From Dehalococcoidia bacterium (GTDB lineage: Bacteria; Chloroflexota; Dehalococcoidia; UBA2979), in assembly GCA_964291495.2 (NCBI GenBank), contig OZ219871.1:352001-416000 (forward strand): a DNA stretch of 64,000 nt, written 5' to 3'. The notes beneath the pieces are model-generated. The model was not told the origin of the DNA. It saw only the letters and a program-made list of their open reading frames with translations, and ran no database searches. Every line of letters starts with the position of its first letter. Position 1 is the stretch's first letter. The position numbers and the translations under genes are program-made. This document shows, piece after piece, positions 46,533-55,912 of the stretch.

Positions 46533-47585
46533 ATGCGCGTGCAGATCGTCGGGGCGACCGGCTACGGCGGCCTCGGCATCCTCGAACTGCTGCTCCAGCA
46601 CCCCGTGCTCGAGCCTTCGGCGCTGATCGCGCGCGACGACGCGGGCCGCCCGATCGCGGACATCTACCCGCACCTCGCGGGCCGCACGGACCTCGTCGTG
46701 CAGGCGCCGGACGCGGCCGACATCGGCGCGGACTGCGACGTCGTGGTCTTCTCCACGCCCGACCGGGTCTCGATGGGATACGCGGCGGCGCTCGCCGACG
46801 CGGGCGTGCGCTTCCTCGACTACTCCGGCGACTTCCGCTTCCCGGACGAGGCGTCGTACGCGCGCTACGCGGCGGCGCACCCCTCGATCGGCGACGGCGC
46901 GCACAAGGCCGGCGCGCTGCTCGGTAGCGCCTGCTACGGCGTGCCCGAGCTTCACGCCGGGGCGGTCGCCGGGGCGCCGATCGTCGGCAACCCCGGCTGC
47001 TTCGCCGTCGGCATCACGCTCGGCCTCGCGCCGCTCTTTGCCGACGGGCTCGTCGAGGGCGGCTCGGTCGTGGTCGACGGCCTCACGGGCTCGTCGGGCG
47101 CGGGCAAGAAGCCGGCGGCCGCGCAGCACTTCTCACACCTCAACGACAACGTCGTCCCCTACCGCGTGTTCAGCCACCAGCACGTCGTCGAGGCCGAGCA
47201 GACGCTGGGCGGTCTCGCCGGCGGCGCGGCGAGCGTGCTCTTCGTGCCGCACCTGCTGGGGACGACGCGCGGCATCCTCAGCACGATGCACCTCACGCTG
47301 AGCCGCAGCGCCTCGCGCGAGGCGTTGCTCGAGCGCTACCGCGAGTTCTACGCGGGCGCGCCGTTCGTGCGCGTGCTGGACGCGCCGCCTTCGCTGAAGC
47401 AGACGGCCGGCTCGAACTACTGCGACATCTCGCTCGTGAGCTCGCCGGACGAGCGGCGGGTGGTCGTGATCTCCTCGATCGACAACCTGCTGAAGGGGCA
47501 GAGCGGCAACGCGCTGCAGAACCTCAACCTGATGTTCGGCCTCGACGAGACGGCAGGGCTGGAGCGCACGCCCCTCTACCCGTAG
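46533..47585 (+). CDS. argC: N-acetyl-gamma-glutamyl-phosphate reductase
   Basis: GATGYGG, SGDFR, YGVPE, NPGCF, G.SGAG, HQH, FVPHL, GSNYC, IDNLLKG.SG. Confidence 0.92.
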   Translation: MRVQIVGATGYGGLGILELLLQHPVLEPSALIARDDAGRPIADIYPHLAGRTDLVVQAPDAADIGADCDVVVFSTPDRVSMGYAAALADAGVRFLDYSGDFRFPDEASYARYAAAHPSIGDGAHKAGALLGSACYGVPELHAGAVAGAPIVGNPGCFAVGITLGLAPLFADGLVEGGSVVVDGLTGSSGAGKKPAAAQHFSHLNDNVVPYRVFSHQHVVEAEQTLGGLAGGAASVLFVPHLLGTTRGILSTMHLTLSRSASREALLERYREFYAGAPFVRVLDAPPSLKQTAGSNYCDISLVSSPDERRVVVISSIDNLLKGQSGNALQNLNLMFGLDETAGLERTPLYP

Positions 47586-47624
47586 CCGCGACGGCCGTCG
47601 CCTCTAGGGTCAGCGCCCCGAGGG

Positions 47625-49010
47625 TCAGGTCAGCATGCCGGGCGCGGGCGTGCGGAAGCGGCTGACGGTGCGGTCGATCGCCACCGCCAGGACCAACAGG
47701 AACACCGGCGCCACCGTGATCACCGTGTCGACGCCGACGGTGCTCGCGATCGCTCCGAGCAGGAGCAGTGGCGGGATCGCGAAGCCGTCCTTGAGGACCC
47801 CCAGCAGCGCGAACGCGCGACCCTGGATGCGCAGCGGCACCGTGCGGCTGATGTAGGTCTGCGTCGCCACGACCGCGAGCGTCACCCCCGCCCCGAGGAA
47901 CATCGAGAGCAGCGCCGCCATCTCCACGCGCGGCCCCACGCCCGGGATGCCGAAGATCAGCAGCCAGCCGAGCAGATCGGTCAGCGTCGCGACGAGGCCG
48001 AGCGCCGTCACCGCCGAGGAGACGAGCACGAAGCCGAGGATCGCGATCGGGCGCTCTCCCGCCCAGCGGATCAGCAGCGGCGCGAGCGCGAGCGCGGCAA
48101 GCAGACCGACCGGCGCGGGCGCGAAGACGTAGAGCGTGTTCACCGGGTCGACGTCCAGCACCTCGGCGACGTACTGCGGTCCGAGCATCGCGAGGACGAC
48201 GTTGATCGTGCTCGCCAGCGCGGCCAGCACCAGCATCCACATCACCTGCCGTTCGGCGAGCAGCCAGCGCACGACCCCCATCGTCGAGGCCGGTGGGGCT
48301 CCCCGTTCCCCCTCGACGGGTCCGGGGTGCGGCGCCGGGCGCAGGTCGAAGACGCGGCTGGCGGAGAGGAGGAAGAGGAACCCGGCGATGATCGTCACCG
48401 GGTCCACCCCGTAGGCACGCACGATCAGCGGGGCCAGCACGGCCTTGCCCAGCAGGTCCGCCGCCGAGGAGATCAGCCCGAGCATCGAGTTCGCCGCCGC
48501 CAGCTCCTCGGCGGTTGCGACCAGCGGCAGCGTGGACGCCTCGGAGGGTTGCGAGAACTGGTGGAGGATGCGCACGACGAAGATCACGGCCAGCAGTGAC
48601 TGGAAGTCCGAGCCGAAGACGAAGGCGACGGCGAGCGTGAGCACGCCCATCCCCACGTAGGCGCCGGCGAGCGCGACCCGCTTCGGGAGCGCGTCGGCGA
48701 CGGCCCCGCCGTACAACCCGAGCAGCAGGCTCGGCAGCAGGAAGGCGGTGCCAAGCAGCGCCGCCTCGATGGCGCCGCCGTCGCCGCGCGCCGTCGAGAT
48801 CAGCGCGCCGAAGATCAGCGCATTGATCGCGACGTCGGTGAGGAAGCGCGATGCGAGCAGCGCCTGGAACTGCGGGTTCCTCGCCACGGACCCCGGCGGC
48901 AGCCAGAACCAGAGGACGCGAAAGACGCGCGCCTGCCCGGCGTCGAGGGCGCGATCGATGCGCTGGAGGCCTTCGAATGCCGGTTCGTCGAACTGGGGGG
49001 GCAGCGCCAT
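47625..49010 (-). CDS. MFS transporter
   Basis: ~12 hydrophobic segments, GAVADALPKR motif A, QGRAFA. Confidence 0.88.
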   Translation of the reverse strand: MALPPQFDEPAFEGLQRIDRALDAGQARVFRVLWFWLPPGSVARNPQFQALLASRFLTDVAINALIFGALISTARGDGGAIEAALLGTAFLLPSLLLGLYGGAVADALPKRVALAGAYVGMGVLTLAVAFVFGSDFQSLLAVIFVVRILHQFSQPSEASTLPLVATAEELAAANSMLGLISSAADLLGKAVLAPLIVRAYGVDPVTIIAGFLFLLSASRVFDLRPAPHPGPVEGERGAPPASTMGVVRWLLAERQVMWMLVLAALASTINVVLAMLGPQYVAEVLDVDPVNTLYVFAPAPVGLLAALALAPLLIRWAGERPIAILGFVLVSSAVTALGLVATLTDLLGWLLIFGIPGVGPRVEMAALLSMFLGAGVTLAVVATQTYISRTVPLRIQGRAFALLGVLKDGFAIPPLLLLGAIASTVGVDTVITVAPVFLLVLAVAIDRTVSRFRTPAPGMLT

Positions 49011-49073
49011 CGCCAGCCATCGTACGGGACGGCGGGTTAACGAACGGAATTCCCGACCAGACAGCCTCCGGCG

Positions 49074-49958
49074 CTAGTCGAAGACGGAGAGCGCCCGCGC
49101 GATGCCTGCGCGATCGTCGGGCGCGGGCGCGAGCACCAGCGTGACGCCCTCGGCGGCCCACGCCTCCGCCTGCTCCCGCACCTCCGAGGGCGTGCCCACC
49201 AGGCAGGCGTCGGCGATGAAGCGCTCGGAGATCGCGGCGAGGCGGGCTTCATCGTCACCGGCCGCGACCGCCGCCCTCGCGGCGGCCACCTCGTCGTGGT
49301 AGCCGGCCTCCTCGAAGTAGGCCTGGTAGTAGGGCCGCGAGAAGTAGAGGAACAGCTTGTCGCGCGCCGCCGCGAGGGCGGCCGCGCGGTTCTCGTCGAC
49401 CGCCGTCGGGATGAAGGTGCCCACGAAGAAGTCGTCGCGCTGCTCGGGCGGGATCACGGCGAGCGAGGTCGCCATGCGCGAGCGGAGGCCGTTGGCCCAG
49501 AGCGCGCCGTCCGCGATCTCGGTGGCGAGGACCGTCATGCGCCGTCGCAGCGTCGCGAGGACGAGGCGAGGGAACGCCGCGCCCTCGGTGTTCGCGCGCA
49601 TCTCGGCAACGTACTCGCGCATGTCCGAGAGCGGCCTGCCGACGCTGAGCCCCAGTTCCGCGTGCGTCGGCTGATGCGAGACGCCGAGCCCGAGCATGAG
49701 CCGCCCCGGGTGGAGCTCCTCGATCAGCGAGCCCGCCTGCGCCATCAGGTGCGGGTGCCGCAGGTAGATGTGCGCGATGCCCGTGGCGACGCTGATGCGC
49801 TCGGTGCGCTCGAGGACGGCGAGCAGGAAGGCGATGTTGTCGCCGCGGCTCGGGGACCAGACGCCGGGGAAGCCGCGCCGCTCCACCTCCTGTGCGAGCG
49901 CGAGCTTGTCCGCGCGTGTGCCGGCCTCGTCCCAGATCCTCAGGTACGGCTTCTCCAT
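49074..49958 (-). CDS. LLM class oxidoreductase
   Basis: TGIAHIYLRHP, PGRLMLGLGVSH, LVGTP. Confidence 0.88.
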   Translation of the reverse strand: MEKPYLRIWDEAGTRADKLALAQEVERRGFPGVWSPSRGDNIAFLLAVLERTERISVATGIAHIYLRHPHLMAQAGSLIEELHPGRLMLGLGVSHQPTHAELGLSVGRPLSDMREYVAEMRANTEGAAFPRLVLATLRRRMTVLATEIADGALWANGLRSRMATSLAVIPPEQRDDFFVGTFIPTAVDENRAAALAAARDKLFLYFSRPYYQAYFEEAGYHDEVAAARAAVAAGDDEARLAAISERFIADACLVGTPSEVREQAEAWAAEGVTLVLAPAPDDRAGIARALSVFD

Positions 49959-49985
49959 CCCCGTCTCCCCTTCCGCCGCTCCGCG

Positions 49986-50870
49986 CTACTCGAACGCGGC
50001 GAGGGCGCGCTCCGCGCCGTCGGGATCATCGGCCGGGGTGGCGAGCACGAGCGTCACGTCCTCGTCCGCCCAGGCCTCCGCCTGCTCGCGCACCTCGGAG
50101 GCCGTCCCCACGAGGCAGGAGTCGGCGATGAAGCGCTCCGAGATCGCCGCGGGCAGCGCCTCGCGGTCGCCGTCAGCGATCGCCGCGCGGGCCGCGGCGA
50201 CCTCGTCGTGGTAGCCGGCCTCCTCGAAGTAGGCCTGGTAGTAGGGCAGCCGGAAGTAGTTGCGCAGCAGGTCGCGCGCGGCGGCGAGGGCGGCCGCGCG
50301 GTCGTCGTCGACCGCCGTCGGGATGATGTTGCCGACGAAGAAGCCCTCGCGCCGCTCGGGCGGGACCCCGGCGAGCGAGCTGGCCATATGCGAGCGGAGA
50401 CCGTTCGCCCAGAGCGCGCCCTCGGCGATCTCGCCGGAGAGCGCGGTCATGCGACGGCGCAGCGTCGCGAGGACGAGGCGCGGCAACGGACCGCCCTCCG
50501 TGCCCGCGCGCATCTCGCCGACGTACCCGCGCATGTCCGCGAGCGGCCGGCCGACGCTCAGCCCCAGCGCCGCGTGGATCGGCTGGTGCGAGACCCCGAG
50601 CCCGAGCAACAGCCGCCCCGGGTGCAGCTCCTCGATCAGCGAGCCCGCCTGCGCCATCAGCTGCGGGTGCCGCAGGTAGATGTGGGCGATGCCGGTGCCG
50701 ACCTGGATGCGCTCGGTGCGGTCGAGGATCGCGAGCAGCAACGCGAGGTTGTCGCCCCGGCTCGGCGCCCAGACGCCCGGGAAGCCACGCCGCTCGAGCT
50801 CCTGCACGAACGCCATCTGGTCCGGGCGAGATCCGGGTTGGTCCCGGATCATCAGGTACGGCTTCTCCAT
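49986..50870 (-). CDS. LLM class oxidoreductase (tandem duplicate)
   Basis: Same length (885 nt) as its neighbour, with long identical blocks. Confidence 0.88.
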   Translation of the reverse strand: MEKPYLMIRDQPGSRPDQMAFVQELERRGFPGVWAPSRGDNLALLLAILDRTERIQVGTGIAHIYLRHPQLMAQAGSLIEELHPGRLLLGLGVSHQPIHAALGLSVGRPLADMRGYVGEMRAGTEGGPLPRLVLATLRRRMTALSGEIAEGALWANGLRSHMASSLAGVPPERREGFFVGNIIPTAVDDDRAAALAAARDLLRNYFRLPYYQAYFEEAGYHDEVAAARAAIADGDREALPAAISERFIADSCLVGTASEVREQAEAWADEDVTLVLATPADDPDGAERALAAFE

Positions 50871-50914
50871 CGCGGTCTCCCTTCCCGGTCTCTCGCGCTC
50901 GCCGCGCGCGAGGG

Positions 50915-51913
50915 CTACTCGCCCGCCTCGCGGACGGTGTTGCGCAGCGGCTCGCCGCGCGCCCAGCGTACGAGGTTGTCGAAGAAGATCTCGGCCGCGC
51001 GCGGGTCGTTGCCCGCCGAGGCGCCGGAGTTGTGCGGCGTGACGATCACGCGCGGCAGATCCCAGAGCGGCGAGTCCTCGGGCAGCGGCTCCTCCGCGAA
51101 GACGTCGAGGTAGGCGCCGCCGAGCTGCCCCGACCGCAGCGCCTCGATCAGCGCCGGCTCGTCGACGACGGGGCCGCGCGCGACGTTGAGCACGTGCGCC
51201 CCGCGCGGCATCGCCGCGAACGCCGCGGCGTCGAACAGCCCTCGCGTCTCGGCGGTGAGCGGACAGGCGAGCGCGAGCCACTCCGCGCGCGGCAGCAGCG
51301 AGGGCAGCGCGTCGGGGTGGTGCAGCTCATCGACGGGGTCGCCCTCGCGAGCCGGGCTGCGCCGCACGCCGACGACGTGCAGCCCGATCGCGCGGGCGAT
51401 GCGCGCGATCGCCGACCCGATCGCGCCCAGCCCGAAGACGACGAGCGTCTGGTCGAGGAGGTCGGGGCGCCCTCGGTCCTCGGCCGGCTCCCAGGCATGC
51501 CGTTGCTGCGCGTCCGCGTAGGAGGGGAAACCGCGCGAGAGAGCGAGCAGGCCGGCGATCGCCGACTGCGCGATTGGCTCCGCCGTCGCGCCGGCCGCAG
51601 TCGAGAGGGTGACGCCACGCGCCAGCATCCGCCCGAAGATGGGGTGGTCGACGCCGGCGTTGCGCGTGTGCAACCAGCTCAGGCGCGGCGCACGGTGCAG
51701 CGCGGAGAAGAAGCTGCGCGCCAATGGACCGGCGATCAGGTCGGCGCTGTAGTAGGCGAGGTCGATGCGCTCGCACTGCTCGTCGCTGAGTCGTGCGTCG
51801 GGGTCCGGCGGCACGGTGATGACCTCGGCCTCGAGGCCGGCCTCGGCGAGGGCGCCCCGCAGCTGTTCGCCGTAGCGCCCCACGAACCACTCGGACGTGA
51901 GGATTCCTGCCAT
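50915..51913 (-). CDS. D-2-hydroxyacid dehydrogenase
   Basis: AGVDH, GLGAIG, PLTAET, NVARG, AYLDVF..EPLP, TPHNSG. Confidence 0.92.
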   Translation of the reverse strand: MAGILTSEWFVGRYGEQLRGALAEAGLEAEVITVPPDPDARLSDEQCERIDLAYYSADLIAGPLARSFFSALHRAPRLSWLHTRNAGVDHPIFGRMLARGVTLSTAAGATAEPIAQSAIAGLLALSRGFPSYADAQQRHAWEPAEDRGRPDLLDQTLVVFGLGAIGSAIARIARAIGLHVVGVRRSPAREGDPVDELHHPDALPSLLPRAEWLALACPLTAETRGLFDAAAFAAMPRGAHVLNVARGPVVDEPALIEALRSGQLGGAYLDVFAEEPLPEDSPLWDLPRVIVTPHNSGASAGNDPRAAEIFFDNLVRWARGEPLRNTVREAGE

Positions 51914-52035
51914 GTGCCACTCCTCGCCCGCACGCCTCCCGCGGGCACGATAGCGAGGCTGCGGCGGCCTCACCAGCAGCGCGCGGCGCGCCGGCGCTTG
52001 ACAGCGAGGCGCGCAGGGCGCGAGATCGGCTCGGG

Positions 52036-52623
52036 ATGACCACGACACCGAGCCGCTACCCGGTCGAGCTGCCGCTGCGCGAGGGCGCCGTGCTGCTGCG
52101 CCCGCCCGAGCCCGAGGACCGCGACGCCATCCTCGGCTTCGCACGGTCGCTGCCCTCGCACGACCTGCTGTTCCTGCGCCGCGACATCACACGCCCCGAG
52201 GAGGTCGACGACTGGATCGCCTCGGTCGTGGCGGGCGAGCTGGCGACGGTGCTGGCGATCCGCGAGGAGGCGGTCGTCGGCTACGCCGTCGTCGATCGCA
52301 GCCGCCTCGAGTGGATGCGCCACGTCGCCGAGCTGCGCGTGATGGTCTCCGCCACGATGCGCGGGCAGGGGCTGGGCCGGCTGCTGACGACCGAGGCGTT
52401 CCGCATCGCCTCGGAGATGGGCGTCGAGAAGATGGTCGCGCAGATGACCACGGACCAGCGGACGGCGATCAGCGTCTTCCAGAACCTCGGCTTCGAGAAC
52501 GAGGCCGTGCTGCACGAGCACGTGCGCGACCGCGACGGCAAGAAGTACGACCTGCTGATCCTGCGCCGCGCCGTCTCCGGCTTCGAGTCGAGCGTGATCC
52601 TCGAGGAGTACGGGGTCAGCTAA
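52036..52623 (+). CDS. GNAT family N-acetyltransferase
   Basis: V...MRGQGLGR, F.NLGF.E. Confidence 0.82.
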   Translation: MTTTPSRYPVELPLREGAVLLRPPEPEDRDAILGFARSLPSHDLLFLRRDITRPEEVDDWIASVVAGELATVLAIREEAVVGYAVVDRSRLEWMRHVAELRVMVSATMRGQGLGRLLTTEAFRIASEMGVEKMVAQMTTDQRTAISVFQNLGFENEAVLHEHVRDRDGKKYDLLILRRAVSGFESSVILEEYGVS

Positions 52624-53425
52624 AGGCCAGCAGCGCCGTCTGCACGCCGACGAGGAAGATCCCGGCGGCCAGCGCGCGTGTGAGCAGGCCCTCGCCCAGC
52701 CGATCGTGCAGCTTCCGGGCGATCGGCACGGAGGCGATCACGCCGACCGTGAGCGGCGGCATGTCGTTCAGCGGGTCGCCCGTGTGGCCCGCCACCAGGT
52801 GCAGCGCGACGCCGGCGGTCGCGACCGCGGTGATCAAGACCTGCGCGGTCGGCACCGCGAGCGCGTGCGGGATCCGCATCACGCGCACCGCGAGCGGCGT
52901 GTAGAACAGCCCACCGCCGAGGCCGACGAGCGTGCTGGTGCCCGCGGCGCCGGCCGCGGCGACAAGGCTGCGCCAGACCGGCACGCGGTAGCTGAAGCTG
53001 ACGCCCGCCCGATCACGCAGCTCGCGGCTCCAGCCGGAGCGCAGCGGCTCTACGAAGTGCGCCACCGGCCGCCCCACGAGGTAGCCACCGCTGAAGATGA
53101 GCAGCAGCCCGAAGACAAGCGCGAAGGCCGCGCGGGGCATCAGCGACGTCGCCGCCGCCCCCAGCAGCGCGGCCGGCAACGCGGCGACGACCAGCGCGCC
53201 CGAGAGCGGCTGGTCGACGCGCCCGTGCAGCCAGGCGTAGGCCGCGGCGACGGCGTTGGCGAGGGCGACCGCGGCCAGCGTCGCCGTCGTGATCTCCTCC
53301 GGCGGGGCGTCCGGGTACCGCCACAGCAGGATCGGCGCGAACAGGAAGCCGCCGCCCGCCCCGACGGACCCGGCGTAGACGCCGACGACGAAGCCGACGA
53401 CGAGTAACAGGATCCACTCAAGCAC
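52616..53425 (-). CDS. TauE/SafE (TSUP) family permease
   Basis: GAGGGFLFAP, GLGGGLFYTP, A.PT; multi-TM. Confidence 0.85.
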   Translation of the reverse strand: MLEWILLLVVGFVVGVYAGSVGAGGGFLFAPILLWRYPDAPPEEITTATLAAVALANAVAAAYAWLHGRVDQPLSGALVVAALPAALLGAAATSLMPRAAFALVFGLLLIFSGGYLVGRPVAHFVEPLRSGWSRELRDRAGVSFSYRVPVWRSLVAAAGAAGTSTLVGLGGGLFYTPLAVRVMRIPHALAVPTAQVLITAVATAGVALHLVAGHTGDPLNDMPPLTVGVIASVPIARKLHDRLGEGLLTRALAAGIFLVGVQTALLAFS

Positions 53426-53523
53426 GGGCGCACCCGCCCACGGCCGTTGCATGCCCGCCAGCGCCGAAGGCGCTACCGTGCAGCGGGACGCCCGCCCCGG
53501 CGGGCACACGACGGAGGGTGCCG

Positions 53524-54468
53524 ATGGCGACGATTTCCACCGTGACCGGCGAGGTGGCTCCCGAGGATCTCGGCGTCACGCTCTTCCACGAGCACCTCGC
53601 GATGGTCTCGCCCGGCCTCGAGCTGAACTGGCCGCAGGCCTTCGACCGGCCCGCCGAGGTTGCCAACGCCGTCGAGCTGCTCTCGCGGGCGGCCGCCGTC
53701 GGCGTGCGGACACTCGTCGATCTCACGACCATCGACCTCGGGCGCGATGTCACGATGCAGCAGGAGATCGGCGAGCGCGCCGAGGTCCAGATCATCGTCT
53801 GCACGGGCGTGCACCTCCGGCCCTCGCGCTTCCTGCTGCACGCGCCCGACGAGCGGATCGTCGAGCTGTTCGTCGACGACATCGAGCGCGGCATCGGTGG
53901 TACGAGTATCCGCGCCGGCGCGCTCAAGATCGCGAGCGCCGAGGAGGTGACCGAGGAGAACGAGCGCCTGCTGCGCCTGATCGCGCGCGCGCACCTCGCC
54001 ACCGGCGTGCCGATCATCACCCACAGCGAGGCGCTGACCGAGAGCGGCGCGCGCCAGCAGGAGGTCTTCGCCGACGAGGGCGTCGACCTCACGCAGGTCG
54101 CGGTCGGGCACGTCGGCGACACCATGGACCTCGACTACCTCGAACGGCTCGCGGCGCGCGGCAGCTTCATCGGCATGGACCGCTTCGGGCTCGACGTGGT
54201 GCTGCCCGTCGCCGAGCGCATCGAGACGGTCGCGGCGCTCTGCAAGCGCGGCCGCGAGGCGAGCGTGCTGCTCTCGCACGACGCGGCAACCTCGTACGAC
54301 GCGCTGCCGCGCGGCCTCGAGCTGCCGGACCACCCGCTCTGGAAGTTCACGACGATCCACGAGGTGGTGCTGCCCGCACTGCGCGAGCGCGGCGTCAGCG
54401 AGTCGCAGATCGAGACGATGCTCGTCGACAACCCGCGCCGCCTGCTCACCCCGATCGCTCCCGCCTGA
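53524..54468 (+). CDS. phosphotriesterase-family (PTE/PLL) hydrolase
   Basis: TLFHEH, LGRD, ALKIA, ITHS, VGH, MDRFG, LSHD, NPRR. Confidence 0.9.
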   Translation: MATISTVTGEVAPEDLGVTLFHEHLAMVSPGLELNWPQAFDRPAEVANAVELLSRAAAVGVRTLVDLTTIDLGRDVTMQQEIGERAEVQIIVCTGVHLRPSRFLLHAPDERIVELFVDDIERGIGGTSIRAGALKIASAEEVTEENERLLRLIARAHLATGVPIITHSEALTESGARQQEVFADEGVDLTQVAVGHVGDTMDLDYLERLAARGSFIGMDRFGLDVVLPVAERIETVAALCKRGREASVLLSHDAATSYDALPRGLELPDHPLWKFTTIHEVVLPALRERGVSESQIETMLVDNPRRLLTPIAPA

Positions 54469-54480
54469 CGCCGCCGCGGC

Positions 54481-55851
54481 TCACGCCTGCGGCGCCTTGC
54501 CCTCGGCGAGCAGGTCGCGCAGGCCGCTCTCGACGGCACCCGCGAGGTGGTCGAGGTCGGCCTCTGTCATCGCGGTGGAGAGGCAGCCCATGTGTGGCTG
54601 CATGAAGACGCCGTGGCGCAGCAGGTGGCCCTGCAGCTGGAAGATCCAGCCGCGCTCGTCCGGCCGCCACCACGAGTCCCGGTAGTTGCGAATCGGGCGC
54701 GTCGTGAGGTGCAGACGGAAGAACGAGCCCATGCCCGTCACCTGCCCCGGGTAGCCCGCCGACTCGAACGCGCCGCGCAGCGCCTCGCGCGCGTACTCGC
54801 CGAGGGCGTTGAGGCGCTCGCAGGCCTCGGGCGTCAGCAGTTCCATCGCCGCCAGTCCCGCAGTCATCGAGGTGACGTTGCCGTTGAAGGTGCCGCCGTG
54901 CGAGATGCGCGGGCGATCGGCCGGGTCGGGGGCGAAGAAGCTGCCCTCGAAGACGCGCATGATCTCCTCGGAGCCGCCCATCCCGCCGACGGGGAAGCCG
55001 CCGCCGATGATCTTCGCAAAGGTCGTCAGGTCCGGCTCGATGCCGAACTCGCCCTGCGCGCCGCCGTAGCCGAGGCGCAGCGAGACCACCTCGTCGACGA
55101 TGAAGACGATGCCGTGGCGGCGGGTGAACTCGCGCAGCATCGCGATGAACTCGGGCGTCGGCGGCACCAGCGCCGCCACGTCCGAGACCGGGTCGAGCAG
55201 CACCGCTGCGAGCTGATCGGCGTGCGGCTCCAGCAGCCGCTCACCCGCTTCGGGGTCGTTCCAGGGGATCACGATCGTGTCGTCGAGGATCGACTGCGGC
55301 ACGCCGACGGCGTTCGGCACGGGCGCGGGGTCGGGCTCGCCCCAGACGTCGGAGCCGGGCCAGTAGGAGATCTCCGAGTAGTCGTAGGTGCCGTGGTAGG
55401 CGCCCTCGATCTTCGCGATCTTCGGGCGGCCGGTGTAGGCGCGGGCGGTGCGGATCGCCATCATCACCGCCTCCGTGCCCGAGTTGGAGAAGCGCAGCCG
55501 ATCGCAGCTCGGCACGCGCTCCTGCAGCAGCTCTGCGAGGGCCAGCTCCGCCTCGCTGCCGAAGCTGTAGGCGCTGCCTGAGGCGATCTGCTTCGAGACC
55601 GCCTCGACGATCGCTGGGTGCGCGTGGCCGTGGATGAGCGCCGTGTTGTTGTTGTTGAAGTCGATCAGCTCGTGCCCGTCGGCGTCCGTCACCCGCGCGC
55701 CCCGCGCCGAGCGCGCATAGAGCACGTACGGCCCGGGACCCGGCGCCGAGGCAACCACGCGGCTGTAGCCGTTCGCCAGCACCCCGCGCGCACGCGCGAA
55801 GAACTGCGCCGATCTCGAGTCCGGGTCCGGGTAGCGGTACGGCTGCGACAT
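54481..55851 (-). CDS. class III aminotransferase (glutamate-1-semialdehyde aminomutase-like)
   Basis: GHAHP, NSGTEA, EGAYHG, DEV, FAKIIGGGFP, HGGTFNGN. Confidence 0.88.
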   Translation of the reverse strand: MSQPYRYPDPDSRSAQFFARARGVLANGYSRVVASAPGPGPYVLYARSARGARVTDADGHELIDFNNNNTALIHGHAHPAIVEAVSKQIASGSAYSFGSEAELALAELLQERVPSCDRLRFSNSGTEAVMMAIRTARAYTGRPKIAKIEGAYHGTYDYSEISYWPGSDVWGEPDPAPVPNAVGVPQSILDDTIVIPWNDPEAGERLLEPHADQLAAVLLDPVSDVAALVPPTPEFIAMLREFTRRHGIVFIVDEVVSLRLGYGGAQGEFGIEPDLTTFAKIIGGGFPVGGMGGSEEIMRVFEGSFFAPDPADRPRISHGGTFNGNVTSMTAGLAAMELLTPEACERLNALGEYAREALRGAFESAGYPGQVTGMGSFFRLHLTTRPIRNYRDSWWRPDERGWIFQLQGHLLRHGVFMQPHMGCLSTAMTEADLDHLAGAVESGLRDLLAEGKAPQA

Positions 55852-55912
55852 GGCTCCCCCTCGCGGCGATGGTCCGAGCGATGGTAGCGCGGCGCACGGG
55901 TACGATGACCCC

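Noticed and set aside
54481-55851. Assignment as hemL
   Set aside because: The family motifs fit, but there is no tetrapyrrole gene context and the N-terminus is divergent; left as a class III aminotransferase.
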